A stretch of DNA of 64,000 bases from Oscillospiraceae bacterium (GTDB lineage: Bacteria; Bacillota; Clostridia; Oscillospirales; SIG627). Location of the stretch: NCBI GenBank assembly GCA_015065265.1, contig SVQQ01000003.1:3454-67453 (forward strand), written 5' to 3'. Every line of letters starts with the position of its first letter. The stretch's first letter is position 1. Position numbers and translations under genes: made by a program. This document shows positions 18,254 to 27,764 of the stretch, in pieces. Under the pieces are notes generated by a model. That model was not told the origin of the DNA. It made no database searches and saw nothing but the letters and a program-made list of their open reading frames with translations.

Positions 18254-19972
18254 CTATTGAACTACAACTTGCTTCTTTTTGAGTTCTTCTTCCTCAAGTT
18301 CACGGTAATTAACCTTACCTACAAGAGTTTTGGGAAGAGTTTCTCTGAACTCAATATCATAAGGCATAGCGTATTTTGCAATATTCTTTCTGCAATATTC
18401 AAAAAGCAGTTCTTTCTTTTCCTCTGTGGGAAGAATACCGGGTTTAAGCATTACGAAAGCCTTAACCTTTTGCATTTTCAAGGGGTCGGGAACACCAATT
18501 ATACAACTCATCTGAACAAACTCGTGAGCATCTAAAATGTTCTCAATCTGTGAGGGATATACGTTATATCCGCTTGTGATTATCATTCTCTTGATTCTCT
18601 GCTTGAAGTATATGAAGCCTTCACTGTCCATATAACCCAAATCCCCTGTGTGTACCCAAACTCTGCCGTCTTTGTGAACTTGCAGGGTGTTGGCGGTTTC
18701 CTCAGGATGATTTATGTATTCCATCATTACGGTAGGACCTGATATACAGATTTCGCCATCGGTATTGTAGTCAAGTTCTTTTGTAGTACCCGGCTCAACT
18801 ATGGTGTAATAAGTGTCGGGGAAGGGTTGACCGATGCTTCCTTCCTTTGACATATGAAGGGGAGTAAGACAACTTGCAGTAACACATTCTGTTGTACCGT
18901 AGCCTTCACGAATCTGAATTTTTGAATTGTGGTCGTAAAGGAATTTGTCAAACTTCTTTTTTAGCTCAACAGACAGAGAGTCGCCACCGCTGAAAACACC
19001 CTTCAGACAAGAAAGGTCGGCATCTTTCATACAGTCCTGACGCAGTAGCGCCTCGAAAAGAGTAGGCACTCCCGCAATAAAGTTGCATTGATACTTCTTT
19101 ATGAGTTTAGCATAACTTTCAGGGGTAAACCTTGGCACAAGAATACATCTTCCGCCGTTTGTCAGCATTGTATGAATACTTACCCCAAGGCCGAACCCGT
19201 GGAAAATGGGCATAGCCGCAAGCATCTTGTCACCCGGACGGAAAATTCTGTTTGTGGCAATTATCTGGGCAGACAAAGCGTTAAAGTTAAGGTTTGAGAG
19301 AAGTATTCCCTTTGTAGTTCCCGTAGTTCCACCGCTGTATAATATTACTGCAGGGTCAGTGTCTTTTTTGTCGGCACGGTACTTCCAGTGATAATTTCTT
19401 CCGTAATTTAAAAATCTCTTCCATCTGATTATGGGCGCATCTTTTGGAATTTTTGCAATCTTCTTACCGTCGGTAAGCATATAACCTGCTTTAAGTGGGG
19501 GAGAGAGGGCATCTTTAATACTTGCAATTATAATGTTTGCAAGGTTTACGTTCTGCCTTATTGCTTCAAACTTTCCGTAAAATTGGTCAAGGGTAATAGC
19601 ATAAAGGCTTCCCGATTCTTTTATGTAAAATTCAATTTCATTCTGACTTGAAAGAGGGTGGATCATATTGGCAATACCGCCAACTAAATTCACCGCATAA
19701 AACATTATTATAGCCTGTGGGCTGTTAGGCATACATATTGTAATTTTGTCATTCTCTCTGACGCCTATGGCTTTAAGTGCACGTGCACAAAGTTCAATGT
19801 TCTTCACGAAATCTCTGTAAGTGGTCTTTGAACCCATAAAATCGTAGGCGATGTATTTCGGATATTTTTCAGCCATCTCTGCTACAAGGTCAAACATAGT
19901 CCCTTTAAAGTAGTCAAGAGTTTTTGGCACGTCCCCGTAATTATCAAGCCAGGGAGTTCTGGTTTCTTTCAT
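18254..19972 (-). CDS. long-chain fatty acid-CoA ligase-like AMP-binding enzyme
   Basis: YSGGTTGTTKG, EGYGTTE, TGDLG and KTLVGK motifs. Confidence 0.9.
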   Translation of the reverse strand: MKETRTPWLDNYGDVPKTLDYFKGTMFDLVAEMAEKYPKYIAYDFMGSKTTYRDFVKNIELCARALKAIGVRENDKITICMPNSPQAIIMFYAVNLVGGIANMIHPLSSQNEIEFYIKESGSLYAITLDQFYGKFEAIRQNVNLANIIIASIKDALSPPLKAGYMLTDGKKIAKIPKDAPIIRWKRFLNYGRNYHWKYRADKKDTDPAVILYSGGTTGTTKGILLSNLNFNALSAQIIATNRIFRPGDKMLAAMPIFHGFGLGVSIHTMLTNGGRCILVPRFTPESYAKLIKKYQCNFIAGVPTLFEALLRQDCMKDADLSCLKGVFSGGDSLSVELKKKFDKFLYDHNSKIQIREGYGTTECVTASCLTPLHMSKEGSIGQPFPDTYYTIVEPGTTKELDYNTDGEICISGPTVMMEYINHPEETANTLQVHKDGRVWVHTGDLGYMDSEGFIYFKQRIKRMIITSGYNVYPSQIENILDAHEFVQMSCIIGVPDPLKMQKVKAFVMLKPGILPTEEKKELLFEYCRKNIAKYAMPYDIEFRETLPKTLVGKVNYRELEEEELKKKQVVVQ

Positions 19973-19991
19973 ATCTTTGTCCTTTCTAAAA

Positions 19992-20879
19992 TCAAACGTC
20001 CACTTCGGTGTTTATGGGAAGGTCGAGAAGTTCGGGATTTTCTATTAGGTGACGGAGAATTTTCACACTCTTTGCAAAATATACACCGTCTGCGATTCTT
20101 TCGTCAATGGTCATGCCAAGTTCAATAGTATCCCTTAGTTCAAAAGTACCGTCTTCCTTAAAGAAGGGCCTTTTCTTTTTCTCGCCAACAACTACGAAAA
20201 ATGAGTTTGTACCCCAGTTTGCAAGGTGATGATAACTTGCATTCATTTTTATACTTCCGAGGTTTGATACAAATACCGAAGAAAAATAAGGGTCCTCTTT
20301 CATTAAGGAATAAGGATATTTTCCGTGATAGTCAAGCCATTTTAAAGTCCTCATAAAGAACCTCAAAACAGGCAAGGGGAGAAGTGACACAAGAGTGTCC
20401 ATTATGTCGGTAGTCCCGTCTTTTTTATTTTCACGACGTACCGAGTAAACGATTTTCTTTACCTTTGTATAAAACTGCTCAACGGGGGAAACATCAGAGT
20501 CCTTGTCAACCTTGATTATTGCCAGAGCCTCGTGGGCATCGTCTTCAAATTTCTTTTTAACAACAAAGGAAAAAGTAATGTCCTTTCTGTCAAAAAGCCT
20601 TGACCCCTCGTAAAAACGGTTAAGTCTTGGGCGAAGCACCATAGTCTTTGCCAGAGCCCCGAGAATTACGTGGAAAAAGGTATATTTGAATTCAGGATTA
20701 TCTGCATTTTTCTTTTCAAGATACTTGTTTAAATTCGTTATGTCAAGAACCTCGTTCATTACCGCTTCATTATCAGTTCTGTTTGGCATAATGAGAGGGG
20801 CAATAACGTGCATGGAGTCAAGATTTCTTACGCGATATCCGTCTTTTCTATCACCGAGACGTCGTTTTGTTTCTTTCAT
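19992..20879 (-). CDS. stand-alone 2-oxo acid dehydrogenase E2-like acyltransferase domain
   Basis: E2 catalytic-fold motifs (SNLGSI, TIDERIADG) and no lipoyl domain. ATG at 20879. Confidence 0.7.
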   Translation of the reverse strand: MKETKRRLGDRKDGYRVRNLDSMHVIAPLIMPNRTDNEAVMNEVLDITNLNKYLEKKNADNPEFKYTFFHVILGALAKTMVLRPRLNRFYEGSRLFDRKDITFSFVVKKKFEDDAHEALAIIKVDKDSDVSPVEQFYTKVKKIVYSVRRENKKDGTTDIMDTLVSLLPLPVLRFFMRTLKWLDYHGKYPYSLMKEDPYFSSVFVSNLGSIKMNASYHHLANWGTNSFFVVVGEKKKRPFFKEDGTFELRDTIELGMTIDERIADGVYFAKSVKILRHLIENPELLDLPINTEVDV

Positions 20880-20923
20880 AAAATCCTCCGAATGTGTTAA
20901 AAAAATGAACATAAACTAAAATA

Positions 20924-20952
20924 ATTTTAACTCCTGTATCGAAAAATGTCAA
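20924..20952 (-). promoter_or_regulatory. sigmaA promoter of the E2-like/ligase/MTase/esterase operon
   Basis: Minus strand TTGACA-17-TAAAAT. Confidence 0.7.
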
Positions 20953-21049
20953 TAGAAAAAACTGTCATCATTTATCTTCCGACGATAAAAAAGTGACGGG
21001 TAAGAAAAAGAGTGAAAAACCCGTTTTCTTACGCGTCACGTAGAAAAAT

Positions 21050-21622
21050 CTATTTTATTATCGGCTGAATTTGCACACCTTGAAGTGCGGCATCAAGAGT
21101 CTTCTCTATGGCGGAAAAATCCGCTACCATTGAACGGTGCTTACTTTCGGGAGCATCCTGACCGAAGGGCACAAAATAAATGTTCTTCGTGTTCATAAGT
21201 AACCCGATATTCTTATGCGTTGCCCCCAGAGCATCGTTTGTAGAGGGCGCGAGAACGATAGGACACTCGTTTCTCAGCGCCGCCTTTACAGCCATAGTTA
21301 CCGACGTGTCGGTTATTCCCAAAGCGATTTTTGATAAAGTGTTACCTGTACAGGGCGCCACTACAATGGCATCAAAAAGTTTCTTTGGACCGATAGGTTC
21401 GGCTTCTTGAATAGTCGTAATCGGTTTCTTCGGAGTTATCAAAAGAAGTTTTGAGTACAAATCATCAAGAGGCATAAATCTGCTTGAAGTTGTTGCCACA
21501 ATGTTTGACAAAATAGGCGTTATCTCGAATTTATCGGGACACAGTTTCCCCATTTCCTCTAAAACCGTTTCAAGAGTACAAAAAGAGCCGGTAATAGCAA
21601 AACCAAGTCTGATTTTGTCCAT
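21050..21622 (-). CDS. spoVFB: dipicolinate synthase subunit B
   Basis: GFAITGSFCT, AEPIGPK, APCTGNT and STNDAL motifs. Confidence 0.93.
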   Translation of the reverse strand: MDKIRLGFAITGSFCTLETVLEEMGKLCPDKFEITPILSNIVATTSSRFMPLDDLYSKLLLITPKKPITTIQEAEPIGPKKLFDAIVVAPCTGNTLSKIALGITDTSVTMAVKAALRNECPIVLAPSTNDALGATHKNIGLLMNTKNIYFVPFGQDAPESKHRSMVADFSAIEKTLDAALQGVQIQPIIK

Positions 21623-21631
21623 AACTGCTCC

Positions 21632-22420
21632 TTAATTAAGATGTCGGAAAATTGCGTTTTTAACGGCGAGTGCGGCAGACTTCGGAGAAACTTTAGCAGG
21701 AAGAGAACCTGCACGTTCACCGTGAAGTGTAAAAGTGTTCATGGCTTTCCAGTCAACGTTGTTTTCACCACTGGCAAGGTCGAGAATGTACACGTTCTCA
21801 TTAAGTTGTGACAGGGTTTCTTGATTTATCACGTGCCTTAACGGAATTGTATTTACAACAGTGTGAAAAATATCCATACTCTCTCTCTGCCACAGATGAC
21901 AGGCGGAAATACCTTGTGTTTTTGCTCGGGTGAGTTCTTCGTCACTTGACGAAAATACTCTCACCGTAGCGCCCAGAGACAGTAGCATACGGGTAAGACG
22001 TTGACCTATTCTTCCATATCCGAAAACTGCCACTCTCATTGAATACAAGGTAGTGTCGGTTGCATTTATAATAAGAGCAAGGGTAGCCTCGGCAGTAATA
22101 AGGGCATTTTCTTTGCAAAATTGCTCCTCGTTTAGTATGTTCACGTAACTGAGGTTTTTGCTGTTTATAATACTGCGACAAATTTCCCCCTCGTGCCCCC
22201 CAAACACCTGACTTCCGTCGTCAAGATTCTTTAAAAAAGAGGCCGCCACTTCATCTTGTATAAAAAAAGGAAGAATGACTATCGGGTTTTCTATTCCCAA
22301 CATTTCTTCCGCCGAATTTAAAGTATATACGTTGTCTTTTAATTTCAAGAGTTTAATTAAAGCAAGGTTTCTCTTGTCACAGGACAACTCGGCTTTCGGT
22401 ATCAGAAAATTGTAATTCAT
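21632..22420 (-). CDS. spoVFA: dipicolinate synthase subunit A-like (divergent)
   Basis: NALITAEA, VAVFGYGRIG, VNTIP, ILDLAS and SLPAKVSP motifs. Directly upstream of spoVFB. Confidence 0.7.
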   Translation of the reverse strand: MNYNFLIPKAELSCDKRNLALIKLLKLKDNVYTLNSAEEMLGIENPIVILPFFIQDEVAASFLKNLDDGSQVFGGHEGEICRSIINSKNLSYVNILNEEQFCKENALITAEATLALIINATDTTLYSMRVAVFGYGRIGQRLTRMLLSLGATVRVFSSSDEELTRAKTQGISACHLWQRESMDIFHTVVNTIPLRHVINQETLSQLNENVYILDLASGENNVDWKAMNTFTLHGERAGSLPAKVSPKSAALAVKNAIFRHLN

Positions 22421-22480
22421 ATTTTTTCCTCCCCTTTTATATTATGCTTTTTCTTTCTCACAGGTGACGGATGTAAAACA

Positions 22481-22512
22481 AAAAAGGCACAGTTTTTAAC
22501 TGTGCCTTTTTA
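22481..22512 (-). terminator. intrinsic terminator
   Basis: AAAAGGCACAG-TTTTTAA-CTGTGCCTTTT. Confidence 0.8.
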
Positions 22513-22520
22513 AATCTCTT

Positions 22521-24089
22521 TTACTTTGCTATCTTGATATAGTTGAAATCTTTAATTGCATTTCCAAAATATCTTGACTGATATACAAGAGTTTCTATAA
22601 CCTTGTCTGCTCTTTCGTCAAATACTATTTCGGGAAGATAAGGATTTTCGCTTGAAGTATTGATAATAGGAATTATGCGGTATGAAACCGACTTCACAGA
22701 GTTTTCGTCCTTCTTGAAGGTCTGACGGAAGAGGAAGGAATAATCGGTGTTTTTCATTGTACTGTCTACACCACCGCTATAAGACAGATCCCCTGTTGAA
22801 AGAACTATCATCTTGTCCTTATAGAGCTGAATTCCTTGAAGAACTCTCGCGCCGTATCCTACGACAAGGTCTGCACCCGCATCGATTGAAGCCTGTGCAA
22901 TTTCCTTGTTATATACGTCGAAATGCGCTTCATATTCACTGATTGTGTTACCAAGATAATCGGAAACAAGAGCGTCGCTAACTCTCTGTCTTGTGTTCCA
23001 ATGAATTTGAACGATAATAAGAGTAGCGCCGTTTTCACGCTCAACCTTTACCGCATTCTTGATAACTTCTTCGTTTCTCGTCTTCTGTTCAAGAGTAACG
23101 GGTGTATCTCTCAAATCGAAGGTTATATAAACTACCTTGCCGAAGTCTGTCTGAATACCCTGTGAGCCTTCCTGAACAGAGTAGGAAATTCCGTTTTCTC
23201 TGAGTACTTTAACTGTGTCGTTAAAGCCTGTGTCACCGTATTCCATCACCCCTGAAGATGCAAGAGAAACCGCCTCAACTCCCAGAAGGCTCTTGACGTA
23301 ATTGGGAGAGCCTTTTGCAGGATTTGTGGAATCCGACTCGATAGCCGAAGTTAAAGGAGCTTCAAGACTTACAAGAGTCAGGTCGTCGTGCATTGTCACA
23401 GATGAAATTTTGTGGAAAGGATAAGGGAAGGTGTATTTTTCAACCTGAGTTGAGAACTTGTCCGCTTCCGCAGTACCAAGTCTGTCACCTAAAAGAACTC
23501 CACCGCCAACTGTTACAACGTATGTGTCAGGGTCACTTCCGCCAAGCCCCATCTCATAAATTGATAAAAGAGCAAGGGTTAAGTCTCCGCCAACAGTTGT
23601 GTCAAGTTCAGGGTAAAGAGAAAGTTTATCACCCGATATCTTTGACGCGGCGTCATCAATATCTTTAAGAATATTTCCTACTTTCACGGAGAAATCTTCA
23701 TCACTTGTAAAGCCTTCCTTTGCACTCTTGAAGGTGGAAGAAAGTGTTTCAAGATATTTTCCCTCGTTTGAGTCTTTAACACTGCCTGAAATCTTATCAA
23801 GGTTTTCTATTATGTAGTCAATGTCAGCAATCGACTTGTCTTTTTCATAAGCAAGGCGCAAAACGAAACTTTCCACCTTGTCGGAAAAAGAAGAAATTGC
23901 CTTGTCGGTCAGTTCTACTTCTTTGTCACCCGATTCAAGAGTGGTGTCATTGTTCACACTCTCATTGTCTTTTGAGGGAACGTAAACGTTAGGTGTTGTT
24001 TCGTCTGAGTTTATCAGATTCACTGTCATTACCATTGACACAACAAGCGCCACAAGGCAAAGACATAAACAAATTATTCTGCTTTTCAT
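22521..24089 (-). CDS. membrane-anchored CapA/PgsA-like protein (degenerate metallophosphatase fold)
   Basis: N-terminal TM. The C-terminal half aligns with the CapA layout (LVSLEAPLT, QIHW, IDAGADLVVG, IQLYKDK). Confidence 0.65.
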   Translation of the reverse strand: MKSRIICLCLCLVALVVSMVMTVNLINSDETTPNVYVPSKDNESVNNDTTLESGDKEVELTDKAISSFSDKVESFVLRLAYEKDKSIADIDYIIENLDKISGSVKDSNEGKYLETLSSTFKSAKEGFTSDEDFSVKVGNILKDIDDAASKISGDKLSLYPELDTTVGGDLTLALLSIYEMGLGGSDPDTYVVTVGGGVLLGDRLGTAEADKFSTQVEKYTFPYPFHKISSVTMHDDLTLVSLEAPLTSAIESDSTNPAKGSPNYVKSLLGVEAVSLASSGVMEYGDTGFNDTVKVLRENGISYSVQEGSQGIQTDFGKVVYITFDLRDTPVTLEQKTRNEEVIKNAVKVERENGATLIIVQIHWNTRQRVSDALVSDYLGNTISEYEAHFDVYNKEIAQASIDAGADLVVGYGARVLQGIQLYKDKMIVLSTGDLSYSGGVDSTMKNTDYSFLFRQTFKKDENSVKSVSYRIIPIINTSSENPYLPEIVFDERADKVIETLVYQSRYFGNAIKDFNYIKIAK

Positions 24090-24178
24090 AAAATTTGACT
24101 TCCTCTCATTTTATCTTTGATACTATCATATCATATTTTGAGAAAAAAGCAAAGTATTTTTTAAAAATTTGTAATCTG

Positions 24179-24856
24179 TTATTCAGTTTGCGCCATAAAG
24201 TCGAAGACGTCACCCTCTTCTTCCTCTGTAAGCCTGTTAATAGAAGTGTAAGCGTCAGGCACTTTTCCTACAATTATAGTGTCCGCAATAAGTACCCTGT
24301 CACTTATATCGACGCTTTTTTGTTTTCTCAGAAGAATTACCGCCATCTTCAAATTTATTATCATTTCGATTTTATGCCGTGACTGATTTATCCCCATTTC
24401 CTCAACCGTGCTTTCAAGAGTGGTTGTAACACTGTCTGCGAGAAGCAGTTTAACGTTTATTTTCGGGCCTCTTCCGGAAAGCAGATACGTTCCGCTTAAA
24501 TTCCCTAAAGGAATACCAAAACTCTTATATTCCCCCTTTATTAAAGATGCAATTTTCAAGGACACTTTACTTTTTATAGTGTTCACCTTTACCATATTTG
24601 CAGATAAACTCATAACGTTACCGTCTTTGTCTCTTGTGGTAGTAATAATGTCAAGGTAGGATACCTCTTCCTCTCTTAAAACGTCTTCTACCGCCTCGTT
24701 TATCACACGTGTTCCTCTGGTGCGTAAAATTGCCAGTGCCTTTGTTGAAACTATAGGCTCAATTCTATTTAGAACGTAACAAAAAAGCAAAAGAAGAAAA
24801 AACAAGGTCAGCAAAAAAATGCCGACCTTCACTTTCAGTTTCTTTGATTTTTTCAT
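24179..24856 (-). CDS. yunB: sporulation protein YunB
   Basis: N-terminal TM, IPLGNLSG, GRGPKI, GINQSRH and IIVGKVP motifs. Confidence 0.9.
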   Translation of the reverse strand: MKKSKKLKVKVGIFLLTLFFLLLLFCYVLNRIEPIVSTKALAILRTRGTRVINEAVEDVLREEEVSYLDIITTTRDKDGNVMSLSANMVKVNTIKSKVSLKIASLIKGEYKSFGIPLGNLSGTYLLSGRGPKINVKLLLADSVTTTLESTVEEMGINQSRHKIEMIINLKMAVILLRKQKSVDISDRVLIADTIIVGKVPDAYTSINRLTEEEEGDVFDFMAQTE

Positions 24857-24972
24857 CTTTTTCACCTCATTAAATTCTATTCTTTTTGGAAAATTTAAGT
24901 GAAAAAGTAAAAAAATGAAAAAATATGATATTAACTTGTTTTTATCTTTTTTTAATTAAAACCTTGACTTTT

Positions 24973-25722
24973 TTAGTCAATTTCAAGATTTTTAAAAACT
25001 TCTATCCCTTTTCTCTTGTGATGTGAGCGATTATGGTAAGAGCGTATTATTTCCTTTGATTTTTCGCTTATCTCTTCACCCTTTATATATTTTTCAACTT
25101 CACTGTATGTCACGCCCATCTCTTTTTCGTCGGTCTGACCCTCGAAAAGTCCCGCCGAAGGAGCCTTCTTTATGATATTTTCAGGACAACCGAGAAATTC
25201 GAGAAATTCATATACTTCGCTGACGTACAAGTCGGATATAGGATTGAAGTCAAAAGCACCGTCTCCCCATTTTGTAAAGTATCCCATATACCTTTCGCAT
25301 CTGTTACCCGTACCTGCTACAAGGAGTCCCTCTGCAGCACCGATAGTGTAAAGGGTAGTCATACGAAGACGGGGTGCTATATTGTTAAGAGCCACAGAGT
25401 TAAGGGGCGAAACCTTTTCACAGCGACGGACAATTTCACCCTTGGCATCTGTTAAGTCCACCACGTGCTTTTCTATACCGAACTTTTCGGACAGACTGTC
25501 CGCATCTGACATATCACTTGTGAAGTTTATTTTTGACTCACAGGGAAGAATTACGCCAACTACACGGGCGTCATCTCCCAACGCCTTTTTGCAGAGAATT
25601 CCCACAAGAGCACTGTCCTTTCCGCCACTGTTTCCGAAAACGACACCTTTTGCCCCTGCACCTTTCACAAGTTCTCTTATATATTCACAACGTTTTTCAA
25701 GTTCTTTTTGCCAATCTCTCAT
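24973..25722 (-). CDS. nadE: NH3-dependent NAD+ synthetase
   Basis: SGGKDS, NIAPRLRM, GYFTKWGDG, KAPSAGL and DEKEMG motifs. Confidence 0.93.
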   Translation of the reverse strand: MRDWQKELEKRCEYIRELVKGAGAKGVVFGNSGGKDSALVGILCKKALGDDARVVGVILPCESKINFTSDMSDADSLSEKFGIEKHVVDLTDAKGEIVRRCEKVSPLNSVALNNIAPRLRMTTLYTIGAAEGLLVAGTGNRCERYMGYFTKWGDGAFDFNPISDLYVSEVYEFLEFLGCPENIIKKAPSAGLFEGQTDEKEMGVTYSEVEKYIKGEEISEKSKEIIRSYHNRSHHKRKGIEVFKNLEID

Positions 25723-25870
25723 AATATTTCCCTTTATTCCTTATTTTATGATATTATACATTAATATTTCTTGATTTTCAAGTTTTTTTGACCTTTTGTG
25801 TGGACTTTTTTACATTATTATGATATTATATTTTTGTAAATGTATATTCTCTTGAAGGAGGAATTTAAAT

Positions 25871-27568
25871 ATGTTTTGTAAAAATTGCGGAACAGAAATT
25901 CAGGAAAACGCAAAATTTTGCTCAAGTTGCGGAGCAAAAATAGAGTTTATAACTCCTGAAGAAACAACACAGGAAAACGTGACACCCCCTGCGGAAAATA
26001 TCCCCGCCCCCAATAACGAGGCACCCTTTTTCCCCGAAAACGATACCCCCACAAAGAAAAAAAGCAAAAAAGGACTCATTTTCGGAATTATAGGTGCAGT
26101 AGTTGTAATTGCAGTAGCCCTCATTTTGTGCTACCCATATATTTCAAACTTTTTAACTGATAAGTTCACCCCCGAAGAAAAATATTATCAGTCTGTTGAA
26201 AAGAAGAACGCCGAAGAGTTTGTAGACGGAATCGGCGACGTTATCGACAACTTGAAAGAAGAGGTAAAAAAGAGAAAAAACAGCGGTACATCCGACTACA
26301 CCTATGACGCTATTTACTCAGTTATAGAAGCCCTTCCAAGCGGTGACAAAACCGAAAAAATTCTCACAAAGTATATTGACGTTATTTTCGCAAATCTCGG
26401 AGAAAGCGAAAAGGAAAAGGACGAAATATATCTTGGAGACAAAGAAATAAAGGTCACAAGAACGACTGTTACGCTAAACGAGAGTGACCTTGAAAAGATT
26501 GCCCTCGCTATCACAAAAGAGGTAAAAGAAGATAAAGAACTTCGCGAAAGTATAACAGACGCAATAAAAACAATCGACCCTTACACCGCTGAGGAAATAG
26601 AACTTCTTTACGACGACCTTGACGACAAGGAAATTGAAGAAGAAATCGACGGACTTTTCGACGGATTTGGTACAATCGAAATTTCTGCTTTCGTTAATTC
26701 AAAGAGCAAGGTTATAGGGCGTGAACTTAAACAAGGGGACACAACCCTTCGCGTTGTAAGTTTTGAAGATGGCAACGAATATAACCTTGAAATAATTGTT
26801 GAAAGTGAAGATGCAAAACTTGAATTTTCAGGTTCAGGAAAAACTTTGGGTGATAAGTTCACAGGTAAATTTACCCTTAAATCTATGGACCAGCCAATTT
26901 TCAATATAAAACTTGACGACCTCGTTCAGGACGAAGAAGCAAATGGTAAATTCACTCTTGAACTTTCAAAAGAACTGACCTCAATGCTTCCTATGATTAT
27001 GGACACTAATACCTTCAAGGAAAAGGGAATAGACCTGTCTTCACTTGCTATTGTCCTTGATATGTCCACCAAAAATGGCATAATTACAGGAAAATACTCA
27101 ATTGTTACAGGTGAAGACACCTTCGTTTCGGTAGAAATTAAAATCGATGAAGACGGTAACGTAATCAACCTCGACAACTTAAAAAACGGAGAGGACGATA
27201 TAGTAAATAATCTTACAGAAGATGACCTTATCGACCTTATTGACGCTCTGCCCTATGAAGTTAAACAAGTTATCTATGGAATGATCTACGGCACAACCGA
27301 TGACGACTACGGTTATGATTATGACTATGACTACGGTTATGATTATGACTATGATTATGGTTATGACTATGACAACGATTATGACTACGACTATGGCAAT
27401 GATTATGACTATGACTATGATTATGGTTATGATTACGACTATGAAGAAGACTTAGACGTAGAATACGGATATGACGTAGGTGGTAACGGATATAACGTCA
27501 GAGTGGAAGCACCTGCTACGTCAATGTCAGGCGCAGCATATGATTTTGCACCTAGTATACTTGAATAA
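25871..27568 (+). CDS. zinc-ribbon domain membrane protein with an Asp/Tyr-rich C-terminal tail
   Basis: MFCKNCG..AKFCSSCG zinc ribbon, a single TM and an acidic extracellular region. Confidence 0.8.
   Translation: MFCKNCGTEIQENAKFCSSCGAKIEFITPEETTQENVTPPAENIPAPNNEAPFFPENDTPTKKKSKKGLIFGIIGAVVVIAVALILCYPYISNFLTDKFTPEEKYYQSVEKKNAEEFVDGIGDVIDNLKEEVKKRKNSGTSDYTYDAIYSVIEALPSGDKTEKILTKYIDVIFANLGESEKEKDEIYLGDKEIKVTRTTVTLNESDLEKIALAITKEVKEDKELRESITDAIKTIDPYTAEEIELLYDDLDDKEIEEEIDGLFDGFGTIEISAFVNSKSKVIGRELKQGDTTLRVVSFEDGNEYNLEIIVESEDAKLEFSGSGKTLGDKFTGKFTLKSMDQPIFNIKLDDLVQDEEANGKFTLELSKELTSMLPMIMDTNTFKEKGIDLSSLAIVLDMSTKNGIITGKYSIVTGEDTFVSVEIKIDEDGNVINLDNLKNGEDDIVNNLTEDDLIDLIDALPYEVKQVIYGMIYGTTDDDYGYDYDYDYGYDYDYDYGYDYDNDYDYDYGNDYDYDYDYGYDYDYEEDLDVEYGYDVGGNGYNVRVEAPATSMSGAAYDFAPSILE
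27299..27445 (+). repeat. low-complexity GAY/TAY coding repeat (DY)n
   Basis: GATTATGACTATGACTACGGTTAT-type iterations encoding DDDYGYDYDYDYGYDYDY... Confidence 0.9.
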
Positions 27569-27694
27569 AAACGGAACAGGTAATTAAATTTTAACTTTTA
27601 CATATTATTAATTATAACCTGTTTATAAGTGAAAACGTCTTCTCTCAGATGAATCTTTCCTAATCTTACCCATGTAGAAAAAACTAAAAATATG

Positions 27695-27723
27695 TTGACA
27701 AACAGAGAAGCGTTTGTTACAAT
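27695..27723 (+). promoter_or_regulatory. sigmaA promoter
   Basis: TTGACA-17-TACAAT with a TGn extension. Confidence 0.75.
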
Positions 27724-27764
27724 AAAGTCATAGAATATTAATATTTTTAAGGAGGATATATCAT

